Below, piece by piece: positions 40,384 to 52,300 of a stretch of DNA of 64,000 nt. Below the pieces are notes generated by a model. That model did no database searches. It saw only the letters and a list, made by a program, of their open reading frames with translations, and had not been told where the DNA came from. Numbering within the stretch: position 1 is the first letter of the stretch; every line of letters starts with the position of its first letter. Where the stretch lies: positions 1 through 64,000 of the forward strand of contig NW_027437473.1 in the NCBI RefSeq assembly GCF_964204645.1, written 5' to 3'. The position numbers and the translations under genes were made by a program. Source of the stretch: Tubulanus polymorphus. Its lineage: Eukaryota > Animalia > Nemertea.

Positions 40384-41227
40384 CTGAAAAACAGGATTTA
40401 GAATTCAGTCATTTCATCTCAACAAGTGCAGCACATTTTTCCTGACCTAATTGTTGTGTCCAGTATTTACACAATCAGCCTCTACTCATATTCAGACTGA
40501 AATTTTCTTTGTTTCCGCTACTGATAAAGGATAATAGACTAAACTTCAACATCTCCATCACAAGTTCGCATTTGGAACGTTAGATAATTTGACCTCCTTA
40601 GAGATTTCCGGCGACGTTACAAAACACAGTTGAAATTGTTTATTAGGTTTTTATCGTGTGAAAAACGCATTCAGATAACGCGCCAGGGACGGTCATCGAC
40701 TGAGATATCAAATCACAAGCCACAACAGGTCGCCATCCGCAAATCACTGACTTTATTTTCTAAAAATGCCTGAAGAATACTGTCTTAATTTGCTGGATTA
40801 GTTTTAAAGAGGCGCACACTCGACAATCTGACATCGAAATGTAACCAGCATTGGTTTCTTTCAAGGATTTTACGTAGAAAAAAAACTGTGTCAACGAGAA
40901 GACTTGTATCTTCTAAATCACTGAATACTGTTTTAACCTGCCGGAGGAAGGGGCGCATACTCGACAGTCTTACATTGGAATGAATGTAATTAGGATCAGT
41001 TTTTTCTTTCATGGATTTTAATGTAAAAAATAAATGATTCTAAAAGTTGATTTCATTGACATTCATTACGCAGGAAGGGAAGCTGCTTTGTTAAAGTCAG
41101 GCATAAACGTGTGACTCAGTCACACGTCTCAAAACTTTACACCAGTTTTATATACGAGATCACATTTAGACTCAAGTCACATCATTCTGTACTGAACTGA
41201 ACTCCGATGATTAAAATCTATAATTAC

Positions 41228-41323
41228 CGAGATTCTCAGCAGGTCTATCGACGGTTTGCTCCTCGTCATCGCGAACATTTTCTGCATTCATTCCTGGATT
41301 ACTCTGTACCAAAGCACCACAAA
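41228..41323 (-). CDS. NLR2 cassette exon 3 (acidic type)
   Basis: 96 nt, phase 1-1; (V)CGALVQSNPGMNAENVRDDEEQTVDRPAENL. Confidence 0.68.
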
Positions 41324-42325
41324 CTGAAAAACAGGATTTAGAATTCAGTCATTTTATCTCAACAAGTGCAGCACATTTTTCCTGACCTAATTGTTTTGTC
41401 CAGTATTTACACAATCAGCCTCTACTCATATTCAGACTGAAGTTTTCTTTGTTTCCGCTACTGATAAAGGATAATGGAATGTAGGAAAAAAATGGCCGAG
41501 GAAAATTTATGAGAACTACTGACAATGTTAATAAAACATTAAGCCTTCAAATTAATGACATCATATATTTTTCATGGGGCTTAAAACAATTAAAATCGGT
41601 ATTAATGAGATCAGAAATTTGATTAACTTACATTTCATTTCATTACAGGATTGCTACATTGGAGAGTCATTGAATCCTATGTCTGAACTCAACTAACCCA
41701 TGATGAGTTCACTCCTACATGTAGCAATCCTCCACCTAATATCAATTATATCTGATATTGTGCAACTCGATACTAACGACTATAGCCGCGATCACGGGGA
41801 GACGATTTGACCCGGGCGGCAAAATTGGTACGGATCAGGTCCGAGTCAAATTGGCCTTAGAGATTGCATTCACACGCAAACCTCTCACTTGATACTAAAC
41901 AAAGCGAAGTGAGTCACTACCGGAACCAGTTGACCCGCACCTGGTCCGACGTTTTTGGTCAAATTGGGCCCAGGTCCATTTTGAATTATAGGGTTAGGAT
42001 TGAAACGTGATAGTATCTGATCACGGTAACTTTCACTCTTATTTTACTGTTAACAGTATTTATACTGTTAATCTGTTTTTATTCCTACTCGAGACTGATA
42101 AACAAACTGTGTCACCAGATGTGATAAGAGACCATAATTCAAAATACCGATTATAGAACCTGACCCTGACTGTTTTAGTCAAAGATTTAAAACAATCGGG
42201 TTGGTGGACAATATATTACTTTCGCCTCAAAACTTTACACCGGATTTATATACGAGATCACATTTAGACTCAAGTCACATCATTCTGTACTGAACTGAAC
42301 TCCGATGGTTAAAATCTATAATTAC

Positions 42326-42421
42326 CGAGATTCTCAGCAGGTCTATCGACGGTTTGCTCCTCGTCATCGCGAACATTTTCTGCATTTATTCCTGGATTAC
42401 TCTGTGCCATAGTACCCAGTA
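42326..42421 (-). CDS. NLR2 cassette exon 2 (acidic type)
   Basis: 96 nt, phase 1-1; (V)LGTMAQSNPGINAENVRDDEEQTVDRPAENL. Confidence 0.68.
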
Positions 42422-43286
42422 CTGAAAAACAGGATTTAGAATTCAGTCATTTTATCTCAACAAGTGCAGCACATTTTTCCTGACCTAATTGTTGTGTCCA
42501 GTATTTACACAATCAGCCTCTACTCATATTCAGACTGAAATTTTCTGTTTCCGCTACTGATAAAGGATAATAGACTAAACTTCAACATCTCCATCACAAG
42601 TTCGCATTTGGAACGTTAGATAATTTGACCTCCTTAGAGATTTCCGGCGACGTTACAAAACACAGTTGAAATTGTTTATTAGGTTTTTATCGTGTGAAAA
42701 ACGCATTCAGATAACGCGCCGGGGTCGGTCATCGACTGAGATATCAAATCACAAGCCACAACAGGTCGCCATCCGCAAATCACTGACTTTATTTTCTAAA
42801 AATGCCTGAAGAATACTGTCTTAATTTGCTGGATTAGTTTTAAAGAGGCGCACACTCGACAATCTGACATCGAAATGTAACCAGCATCGGTTTCTTTCAA
42901 GGATTTTACGTAGAAAAAAAACTGTGTCAGCAAAAGACAGACTTATGTTAGATGTTGCAACGAGAAGACTTGTATCTTCTAAATCACTGAATACTGTTTT
43001 AACCTGCCGGAGGAAGGGGCGCATACTCGACAGTCTTACATTGGAATGAATGTAATTAGGATCAGTTTTTTCTTTCATGGATTTTAATGTAAAAAATAAA
43101 TGATTCTAAAAGTTGATTTCATTGACATTCATTGCGCAGGAAGGGAAGCTGCTTTGTTAAAGTCAGGCATAAACGTGTGACTCAGTCACACATCTCAAAA
43201 CTTTTCTCTGGTTTTATATACGAGATCACATTTTGACTCGAGTCACATCATTCTGTACTGAACTGAACTCTGATCTCAATAATTAC

Positions 43287-43382
43287 CGAGATTCTCAGCA
43301 GGTCTATCGACGGTTTGCTCCTGGTCATCGCGAACATTTTCTGCATTTATTCCTGGATTACTCTCCGCCATAGTAACGTTTA
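43287..43382 (-). CDS. NLR2 cassette exon 1 (acidic type); probable start ATG at 43371
   Basis: 96 nt, phase 1-1; (V)NVTMAESNPGINAENVRDDQEQTVDRPAENL with ACTATGG context. The all-exon model gives 1106 aa. Confidence 0.65.
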
Positions 43383-44221
43383 CTGAAAAACAACATTTAG
43401 AATTCTTCAGTCATTTCATCTCAATTTAAGTGCAGCACATTTTTCCTGACCTAATTGTTTGTAATACATCTATAAACAAGTTGACTATCCATTGTCAACT
43501 GCTGTTGCTGGCGCGGTAACTATCTCTAAATATTGGAATCGTCGGTCGATTTAGAAATATCAAATTAGAAACAATGGACCCTGTACGGCGTGGAATCAGA
43601 AATTGTCTTTACTGTTAAATAATCTCTGCATGACTAACAAAGATACATTCTTTTTGCGACAGCCGACCGAACTAACCGACAATGCGCCTAGAAATTATGA
43701 CTCGAAGAATGATAAATTTATGTCGTTTTGTGTCGGAGACCTGGTATAAAATACATCAAGCTCCTAACCTTGTATTGTGTAGTTACTCCATAATTCTGTA
43801 GTGACGTAATAAGAGGGATGGGAATCGTTTAAAATAATAATTGCGAGTGAATGAACTACATGTATTATATATTACACGATAAAGATATCTATCACTGATG
43901 TCAGAAAATCTCGTTAAAATTATCATTAACTCTGAAACGCTGAGATCTAAGTTTACCACCAACGATTATGTAAACTCATACATTATCAATTTCGCCCTTG
44001 TGATGCAAAAGTTTAAGAGTTCTACTTTTTTGCACTTTTTTGTTGTTTAGATATAAAAGGATGTAAGGTTTTAACCTGATAAACTCTAGATATAAAACTA
44101 GTCTCATTCTGTGTTATGAACCGACGCCCCCCTCCCCCCCTAATCAGAATCGCGTTCTGTTCAAACACAATTCCGCATTCACTAAATTGACTAGAATATT
44201 TCTACAGTAAATTAAAGATAT

Positions 44222-45852
44222 TTAGGCCAAAAAAAAAATTATGTTTCTGGTCAGGCCCTTCTGCACAAAATGATGTGTTTAAAAAAAATCCTACTTTGAC
44301 TATCGAGTGTGATGGATTAGTCGACAGGAACAAGTCCAAACGCACGTACAGTAGCCGGCCCTTGCAAAATTGATATCTTTTGGTTTTTATTCACTATCAG
44401 ACGAGCTCAGACCACTATTCCAAAATCTTCTATATCCTATAATAAAAACAAGAAATTCGAGAGTTTAGTTCATATATAAGCGCGTAAATTCAGGGGAAAT
44501 CCTGCTTATGGCTCATAGGCCAGCATCTTAGCTACGCATTGAAGTGGTTTTCGCCCCACATATCCAACCTAACTTTTGAAATAATCAAACCTTTAGAAAG
44601 GAGGGGTATCCCAGTACAGGTATGCCAGTACATCCGAGCCAAATATCTAAGGGAATCCCCCACCGTGTTTGGTACCCTTACTCCAAGCAAAAAAAGTCCA
44701 GGGAATCCCTTATTTCATCATCGATCTGTCTCTTTCTCAGGATCAATGCAGGGGCGTAGCCACAAATATTACCGGACATATGTCGCACCAATGATTGAAA
44801 AACCCATTATGCTAAAACGTCATAATAAACGTTATTCTGTATTTACATTGGGGGGGGGGGGTATCAAGTTCTTTTGAAGATGTCAGTGGTGCTAATACAG
44901 AGGCGTTGGTAATGAGATTTTCGGTGTAGGCCACATCCAACCCAGTGACTCCAGCGAGTTTTGTTTATAAGTGTTTACGGTATCACATCTGGACCATGAA
45001 CCTGATCTCACAGTATCAAAGTTGCCGAATTCAGATCCAGCCTACCACTTGTATCGAGGGGTACTCAGGTTTGCCCTTCTAGTTTTCTAGTTCGTGATTT
45101 TGACAGGCTCTTGTACTAACATGAATGTTTTATTGCGGGCAAGTATTCTGGAAGTAGTATAGAAACTTCAAGGGAGATAGACTTTAAGCCCCAAATATGC
45201 TTAAAGATTGCATCTTAGAACCTTGAAAAATCAAAATTTTCTGGGGAGTGCCCCCAGGTCCCCCGTTTTGTGCTATAACCTTGAGATAACCTTGGCTTAG
45301 AGGCATTGATTATATTATCTACAGAAAAATTATTCAAATATGAGCTCTCAGCCATCAGAACGCATCTCAGACGTTTTAATGTTCAAAATTTTCTTGGGGG
45401 AGGGCCCCAAACCCCCCTACAAGACATCGCGATGTGCGCTCCCGATTGTCGCGCCATTTTGAATTTAGGTGGCTACGCCCCTGCCTGCAATGGAATTCAT
45501 TATAAGATAACCGAAATTCGTTTTCTATCCCATTCGCAGAAATTATTGCAATATTTATCGGGGACCTCTTCTTCACTCTAGGTACTATTTTTAGGCCAAT
45601 TGTGGTCTGATACCGGACAATAGCAATGAATATTTGGACTCATATGAACCTGTTTCGTTTGACTGCTTCTGCGTGAACACTTCTACGGTTTTACTTCCGC
45701 GTTTGAGCGCATCGCTCACTAGATGGCGCTAGCGCACGGTGCGCGAATTTCGGAGCCGATTTTCTTTCCGAAAAAACAAATTCCGACGGGGGTTCTAGAT
45801 CGACCGCGCGCGCTGACCAGAAACAGCTGAATGCAATTTTTGTTTGCCCTTA
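44222..45852. mobile_element. Putative non-autonomous TIR DNA element
   Basis: Left end taggccaaaaa...tgtttctggtcag and right end ctgaccagaaaca...tttgtttgccctta are imperfect inverted repeats. The termini resemble those of the 13665-13882 MITE. Confidence 0.45.
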
Positions 45853-46379
45853 TATAAATAGTATTTACCTCTTCATCTCAAAGACGACTAATTACTACCC
45901 GATTTGAACTTGGACTCATGTGAAGAGCATAAAATAGAGTCTTGAACTAGGGATAAACAGTAATGGGCTAATCCAGTTAAAAAATGGCAACGGAACTATT
46001 GCCACCAGAAAAAATGCCACCAGAAAAAATGCCACCATAAAAAATGACACCGTTAAAAATGCCACCAACGACTTTTAACCACATTTTTTCAACAGTTTAA
46101 AATGAACAAATGATGATAATAAAATTCCACAGTTTATGTTCAGACATTTCCTGTCCAGACGTTCAAAATCACTACTTTACTACTGATCATGAATTTTATT
46201 TTAACTAGGAATAGACTAATAATATTATGTTATTAATAATTAGAGTTAGGTTTAGGAGTTAGGGTTAGGAGTTAGGTTTATGAGTTAGGTTTAGGAGTTA
46301 GGTTTAGGAGTTAGGGTTAGGAGTTAGGTCGAAATTTAATTACGGAGAACTGAGTGAGAAGAGTAATTATAAATGATGA

Positions 46380-47345
46380 TAATTAATAACTAAGTGAGTG
46401 AGTAGATAATTAATTAATTAAGGAACAACAAACTAAAACAAATCAAAGAGAAATAAATCAAAATGAAACTATATCAAAGTAAAATAAACAGATGGTATCT
46501 AAGAGCAACGAATAACAAGAAATGGAAGTCCGGTTACAATGAATAACAAACGAAATTAGGTTCTGTATCGGGACATGAATCCTAGATCGCGATTGAGGCC
46601 AAGATTAACAGGATCACCGCGTTGAATAAGTTTTTGTTCCATGATTTCGCGCGATTGTTTATTAGAAGTGTTCATTTTATGTAACGCGGTCACTTTAAGG
46701 TTACTGATGGTGTTGTTCGGAAGATTGAAATGTTCGCCGATAGGTTTATCCATTTTCTTGTGTCTGATATCAAATTTGTGACCATTTAAGCGTTGACGTA
46801 ATGTTTGTCCAGTTTCTCCGATGTAGATGGTTCCAGGGCTAAACAACGTTGGTGGAGTCGCATGTGCAGGGTTCAGTGACTTTGAGTTGTTGGTTGTTGG
46901 TTGCGGTGACGGTCGGTGATGAGTTGATGAGAGGGCAGAGTTGACATCTAGATTTATTGCAGGGGCTCGTGTATTTGTTATCTGAGTCTTCTACGGTGGA
47001 TAGTTTGCTGCTGATGAGGAGTTTTCTAAGGTTAGCTGGTTTGCGGTACGCGATGACTGGTCTCAGTGGTAGTATGTCGCGTAGATTATTCGACTATGGG
47101 TTGGAGATCTGATATGATTCGTTGGATTCTGCGCAGGCGCGGACTGTAGGTGACTGCGATGGGGATTCGCTCAGTTTCTCTAGACGTTGCGGATTGGAGT
47201 GTTGTTTCTCTGGGTATGTGAGTAGCGCGAGTGATTTGTTGGTCGATGATTTCAGGGTTGTACTGGAGTTGGTGGAACGCATTTTTCAGTTGTTGAATGT
47301 GTTGGTCGCGGTCTTGAGTGTTGGAGCAGAACATTTTCTTCTCAC
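46380..47345 (-). mobile_element. Penelope-like retroelement relic (RT C-terminus plus GIY-YIG endonuclease)
   Basis: IYIGETGQTLRQRLNGH...PIGEHFN (GIY-YIG) in 46556..46846, and CSNTQDRDQHIQQLKNAF...YNP (PLE post-RT region) in 47086..47358. Frameshifted and 5'-truncated. Confidence 0.85.
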
Positions 47346-48367
47346 AGCATCGGCCCAAAAAATGCCTTTTTTCGTTTTACTTTTCATGCCTTTTAAATTG
47401 GATATGGTGCCGCCCCGTTAACTGTCACGGGGACCTAGGGTTGACCAGTAACAGTGCCCTTTTTCATGAGATCATCCGGAATTTGGGCCCTTTGAAACAA
47501 ATTGTCATCGTATAATAGGCCCATACAAAGTGTGCTTTTATTTGTCCTTTTTACTTTATGTTCCCTTTTCATTGGATATGGTGCCCTTTTTATCTGTGTT
47601 CACCAATCGTCTCGGGGTTGATTTTGTTTTCACAGAAATCTAATGCTTTGATTTTAAAAGGGTATTTTGGAAATTCGTATCCTTCCTTCCGGAAGGCATG
47701 GAAGGTAAGCTGGATGCGACCCTGATCCGCACGAATCATGAATTCAACTCAGATGCGGATTGGTCGACGACCTTTTCTTGGTTACATCGTTCTCATGTCT
47801 GTGATAAACGGGTCTGGAATCTACTGTACTGTGTCACTGGTCTGCTTGTCTTGTTCACGTTAGGAGCGTTCCTGATAGCGATAAGTCGCAGATTCCGCAG
47901 TTTACCTCACGCTATCTATCCGATCGCTTTGTGTCTCAGTGATTCCTTGCACTTTATCAAATTAACACTGATGCCTGTTTAACAGTTCGTTCTCTTTCGC
48001 GATAAAGGCGTTCCTATATTCATCACGAATTCACTGATCAGTTGTCAAATATATGATCTGTGATGTCACTTGCAGGCTGTAATAGTTAATCGAGACTCGG
48101 AGCCACGGCACGAAATTTGCGGCGCTCAGATTGTTCGAATGCGTCGATTTTATTTCGGGGCCGTAGTTTTAGGTGTACAATCAAAGAGAGTTGACAAATT
48201 TGCAAACAACACAAACACCTGAATACGGACCACGTTACGCCCCCTAGTGGACGATAAAGTATATAGCGAACAGAGAAAAGAGGTCAGAAGATTATGTTGT
48301 ATCCACTTTTTATACGATTAGAATTCAATTCCTTTAGGAATTAGCGAAATATCGGAAAAAAAACATC

Positions 48368-48492
48368 TTAGTTAGGACAACAAACTCCCAAGAAGGCAGT
48401 GCAACATCTGGTGTCGCAACAACCACCAAACCAATATGTGCCGGTTTTCCCATGACATTGACACGGAGTTCCTCTCTTTTCAATCTGAATTT
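48368..48492 (-). CDS. Secreted cysteine-rich peptide, last exon (propeptide end, KR, 34-aa mature peptide); APETx/BDS defensin-fold-like
   Basis: tttacag|AA ATT CAG ATT GAA AAG AGA GGA ACT CCG TGT... reads (E)IQIEKR GTPCQCHGKTGTYWFGGCCDTRCCTAFLGVCCPN*. The phase-1 acceptor matches the upstream exon. Confidence 0.8.
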
Positions 48493-48558
48493 CTGTAAAT
48501 AGATTGATCTATATTGATTTAACTTGTAAGCAAAATATAAACTCGTGTTTTAAAAAAC

Positions 48559-48644
48559 CTAACGAAATAACTTCAGTTGCCGCGACAGAAGCTCCAACGA
48601 CCATAAACAAGGCCAAGGCGATGAACAGAGTTTTAGTAAACAAT
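48559..48644 (-). CDS. Signal-peptide exon of the cysteine-rich peptide gene
   Basis: ttcag|A TTG TTT ACT AAA... reads LFTKTLFIALALFMVVGASVAATEVISL, then G|gt, with a 66-nt intron to the next exon. The expected ATG reads TTG. Confidence 0.7.
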
Positions 48645-49147
48645 CTGAAAGTGAATTTGAAATGTTGAAAATAGCCACTGAGATATAACACTGTAACAGT
48701 TACTAGAATGGTCGATTTAATCCTTTCGTTATTCGCACTTAATTCGCAAATTTTTACCGTCAAAAAAGTGAAAATATTGTAAACAGATAAAATGGGTACT
48801 TGTTCCTTATTGGAACGGAATGTTTAATATAAGAAACGAGTAACTTACTTAACTGCGGTTTTGTTTTGGTGACAAATCACGGATTTATACGAGAAATTCA
48901 CAAGCTGGAATAGAAACAAATAAATCCGAGATATTTGGACTGATTTCCAGCAGTCATCAAAAATATTCAATACATCTCTAATTGATCATAAAACCTAGCA
49001 AAATTTAACAGAATCAAATACACAATCCTACAAATAGAAATAAGTTTTGATATTTCAAAAATATTTTATCATTTCTCTCTAGAAACAGCAACAAAATATC
49101 AGATCAATGTTGACTCGATGATTCAACAGCATCAAAATTGAACTTAC

Positions 49148-49204
49148 CTTCGAATACAAACGATTCCAAGTCGATGATATGTTGATGAAACTGATTGGTT
49201 TATA
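49148..49204 (-). promoter_or_regulatory. TATA box and short non-coding first exon of the peptide gene
   Basis: TATAAA at 49204-49199 (minus) and a strong donor GAAG|gtaagtt at 49148/49147. AATAAA lies at 48154-48149, downstream of the stop. Confidence 0.55.
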
Positions 49205-49304
49205 TTGACTGTGTCCGCACCACCCGCCTCTCATCTCAAACTGGGTGAAATTATCAAAGCAGAAATTTACAATCGATCCTTTTTTGTCGAATCAGAAATT
49301 GAAA

Positions 49305-52300
49305 AAGTGAATAAAATCACGGGTTTTCTGATATTTTGAACTCCTCGTGATTTGAACTGGAAATCAGAAGTGTTTTTAATTTTTCAGGGATTTGAAACTG
49401 TGTTCGATGTTTGAACTGTTTATCTTGTAAATTAAATAAACTCATCTCCTTCCAATTAAATACATAAAAACATCCAATAATAAATTTTCTTTGACAAAAA
49501 ATGTGGAACTCTGGATTTTGTGTTTCACACTCAACGCTACAGAATAAATTCGATATCTTCCGATACAGATTCAATGACCTTCAGTAGAAAATGAGAAACA
49601 TCTCGTGAAATGTGTCAAAATGTCCACGTGACGCGTGGGTCCCATCGAAACCGGTTTCATCTAGTTTACATTACGCATATTTCGTACCAATTTGCCAATC
49701 ATCGACGAGTATGACTAATTATGCGTCCTATCATTAATGAGGATGTTTTGGAAGGTGGACCCGGTTTTAGCGGCAAACTCAATTATTCAATTTTCAAATT
49801 AAATCATTTTGCTATTAGAGATGTGTGATTTATACCGATATATACTTCATGCAGTTCAGAATGGATTGATATCTTCACTAGAGTCACCGCGCAGTTTATA
49901 GAGCGAAGATGGATTATGACCAGTGACCCCAATAGTTAGATAATAATATGAAATATGAAGCTTCATTGTGTTCGACAATTCTTGTCGTTCGCGCAGATTA
50001 TTACATCTGGGTGTCTTGTATATGTTCGCACCTGGAGGTTATCGCGATGGTGTATGGTTTACCAGTCTGGACAGTGAGGTGCTCAAACTGTCTCCCGTAA
50101 ACAATTAGACACCTCTTGTGAACATATTACGATTTATTCTGAATGTTATCTCGCTGAAACGAAAGATAAACCGTTCTCAAAAACTGAGCCGTTACTGGAA
50201 ATTCAATGGAATTTGAATGTTTTCTTGTTCAGGATTTATTTGGAATGAAATCGCGCTCAAACTAGTTCCGGATTGATATAAACTGTGCTCAATAAACTGA
50301 ACTTTTATCAAAAAACACAAGGATTCAAATTGACTCAAGGATAATCATTCATACATTACACACACAAGATTGGATAAACTGTAAGTTAGAAAAAACATTA
50401 ACAGCTGAAATTATGTTTTATAGGTTTAGTTAGTTATTAGGAACTTACTCGGTGAGTTAGTAAGTTAAAGAAATGCATGAAAATTAGTACAATTTCCAAC
50501 GAAATGTGTAAGTTTAAGTAAAGGAATTTGGGTGCTATTTGCAACAGGGTCCTGTGGAGTCTCTGGGTCTCTGGTCTTGCAGATAGAGAAAGCTGTTTGT
50601 TCATTTCGATGCCTAATATCTTTATTTTCACTAACGGTTTCACTAATGTCTCTGTCGGTCAAATAGATAAATAACAGGTTAGCCTGGCTGTATTGCGCAA
50701 TGTTGAATTCAGTTGTACATGTATCATCATCAGGGTGACCGAAACCGGTTCTGTCCAGTTCAGGTCATCATTAGCTATGCGCGCCACTTGACCAATCAGA
50801 ATTACTTATTGCGCCCCGCATCAATTATGTGGCCAATCGCCGGCCGCGATGACCAGCCGCGCACGAGCCGAGTGCAAGGCGAGCAAGGAACCCGCTTCAT
50901 TAGAATCCGTCACAATCGCGGTTTAATTTACATCATAGAACACGAAATTAAACGATAAAAAAACAATTCAGAAACGATAAAACTGATACGGATAAGATGA
51001 ACGCGATTGTTAGGTGAGTTTGTCGAGATTTCCGCATCGCAAATTTCTAGATATTTACGTGAAAAAGTAAGTTGATTTTCACACGTGTGAAACCCAGCAA
51101 TGTAAACGGCATATAAACTTCTACTCGTTACTTATAGACTATTCAGATACAAGGGTAGATGCAGGATTAATTTGCAGGGGGGGGGGCAACATACGTGGGG
51201 TACCTTTTCGATTACAAGGGGCACTCCCCCCCCCCCCGTAAAGCGAGTGCAGTGAGGCGCGAAGCTGTGAGGGGTTTTTGCCCGGGAAATGAATTTATCG
51301 GTATTTCGACTATGGTTGTTTGAATTTCTTCTTTGTTTTATTTTTCAGGCTTCACGGAACTTGGAATCGATTCAATCGAAGTTCAATTTAAATCAGGATT
51401 ATTGCGATATTACAACAAACTGCGCTCATAACAAACTGTGAACTATTATAAAAAACACGAGGATAAAAACTGACTATAATTCTGAGGATCCCTGGATTCA
51501 TACATTACACACATGATTGGATAAACTGTGAGTTAGAAAAACATTAACAGCTGAAATTATGTTTTATAGGTTAAGTTAGTTATTAGGAACTTACTCTGTG
51601 AGTTAGTAAGTTTTTAGAAAGGCATGAAAATTAGTACAATTTCCAACGAAATGTGTTAGTTAAAGTAAAGAAATTTGGGTGCTATTTGTATCAGGGTCCA
51701 GTGGAGTCTCTGGGTCTCTGGTCTTGCAGATAGAGAAAGCAGTTTGTTTATTTCGATGCCTAATATATTTATTTCAGGATCCTGTATTTTACGCTTCTAT
51801 TTCCAGGGTTTCTCTCTATTTTCAGGTGTTTTCCTTTTATTTCAGAATTTCCGTTTTTTCTAATCTTTTGTTTTATAAGAAAACGACTTTCATGTAAAAA
51901 CGTTTAGTTGAAATAAAAATGACAATTTCAGGGTCATCGCTGAGACAAGACCCCAGAAGACTAGGCCACAGAGTACGTGTCTTCACCCCCAGCACACAAC
52001 AGAGTGGCCCGATTCAGGTGCGGCCTGTATGTTCTATTTCAGTGTGAAGAACAAGACCCCCTAGTCACAGAAGATTGAATCTGAAGTTGAATGATGATGA
52101 CAGAGTGACTGAAGAATTCCGGTGTGACCTGTATAACATGTCTCTATTTCAGTATCCCCCTCCCTAACCCCTAAACCCGAGCCCGAATAGGTAGGCCGAA
52201 TATATAGGTTAGGTTAGAATAGTTAGTTGATAGATCTTTGAATTAGAACATAATTTCAGCTGTTTATATAAAATACAGTTGTTATTTCAAGTGGAACTTT

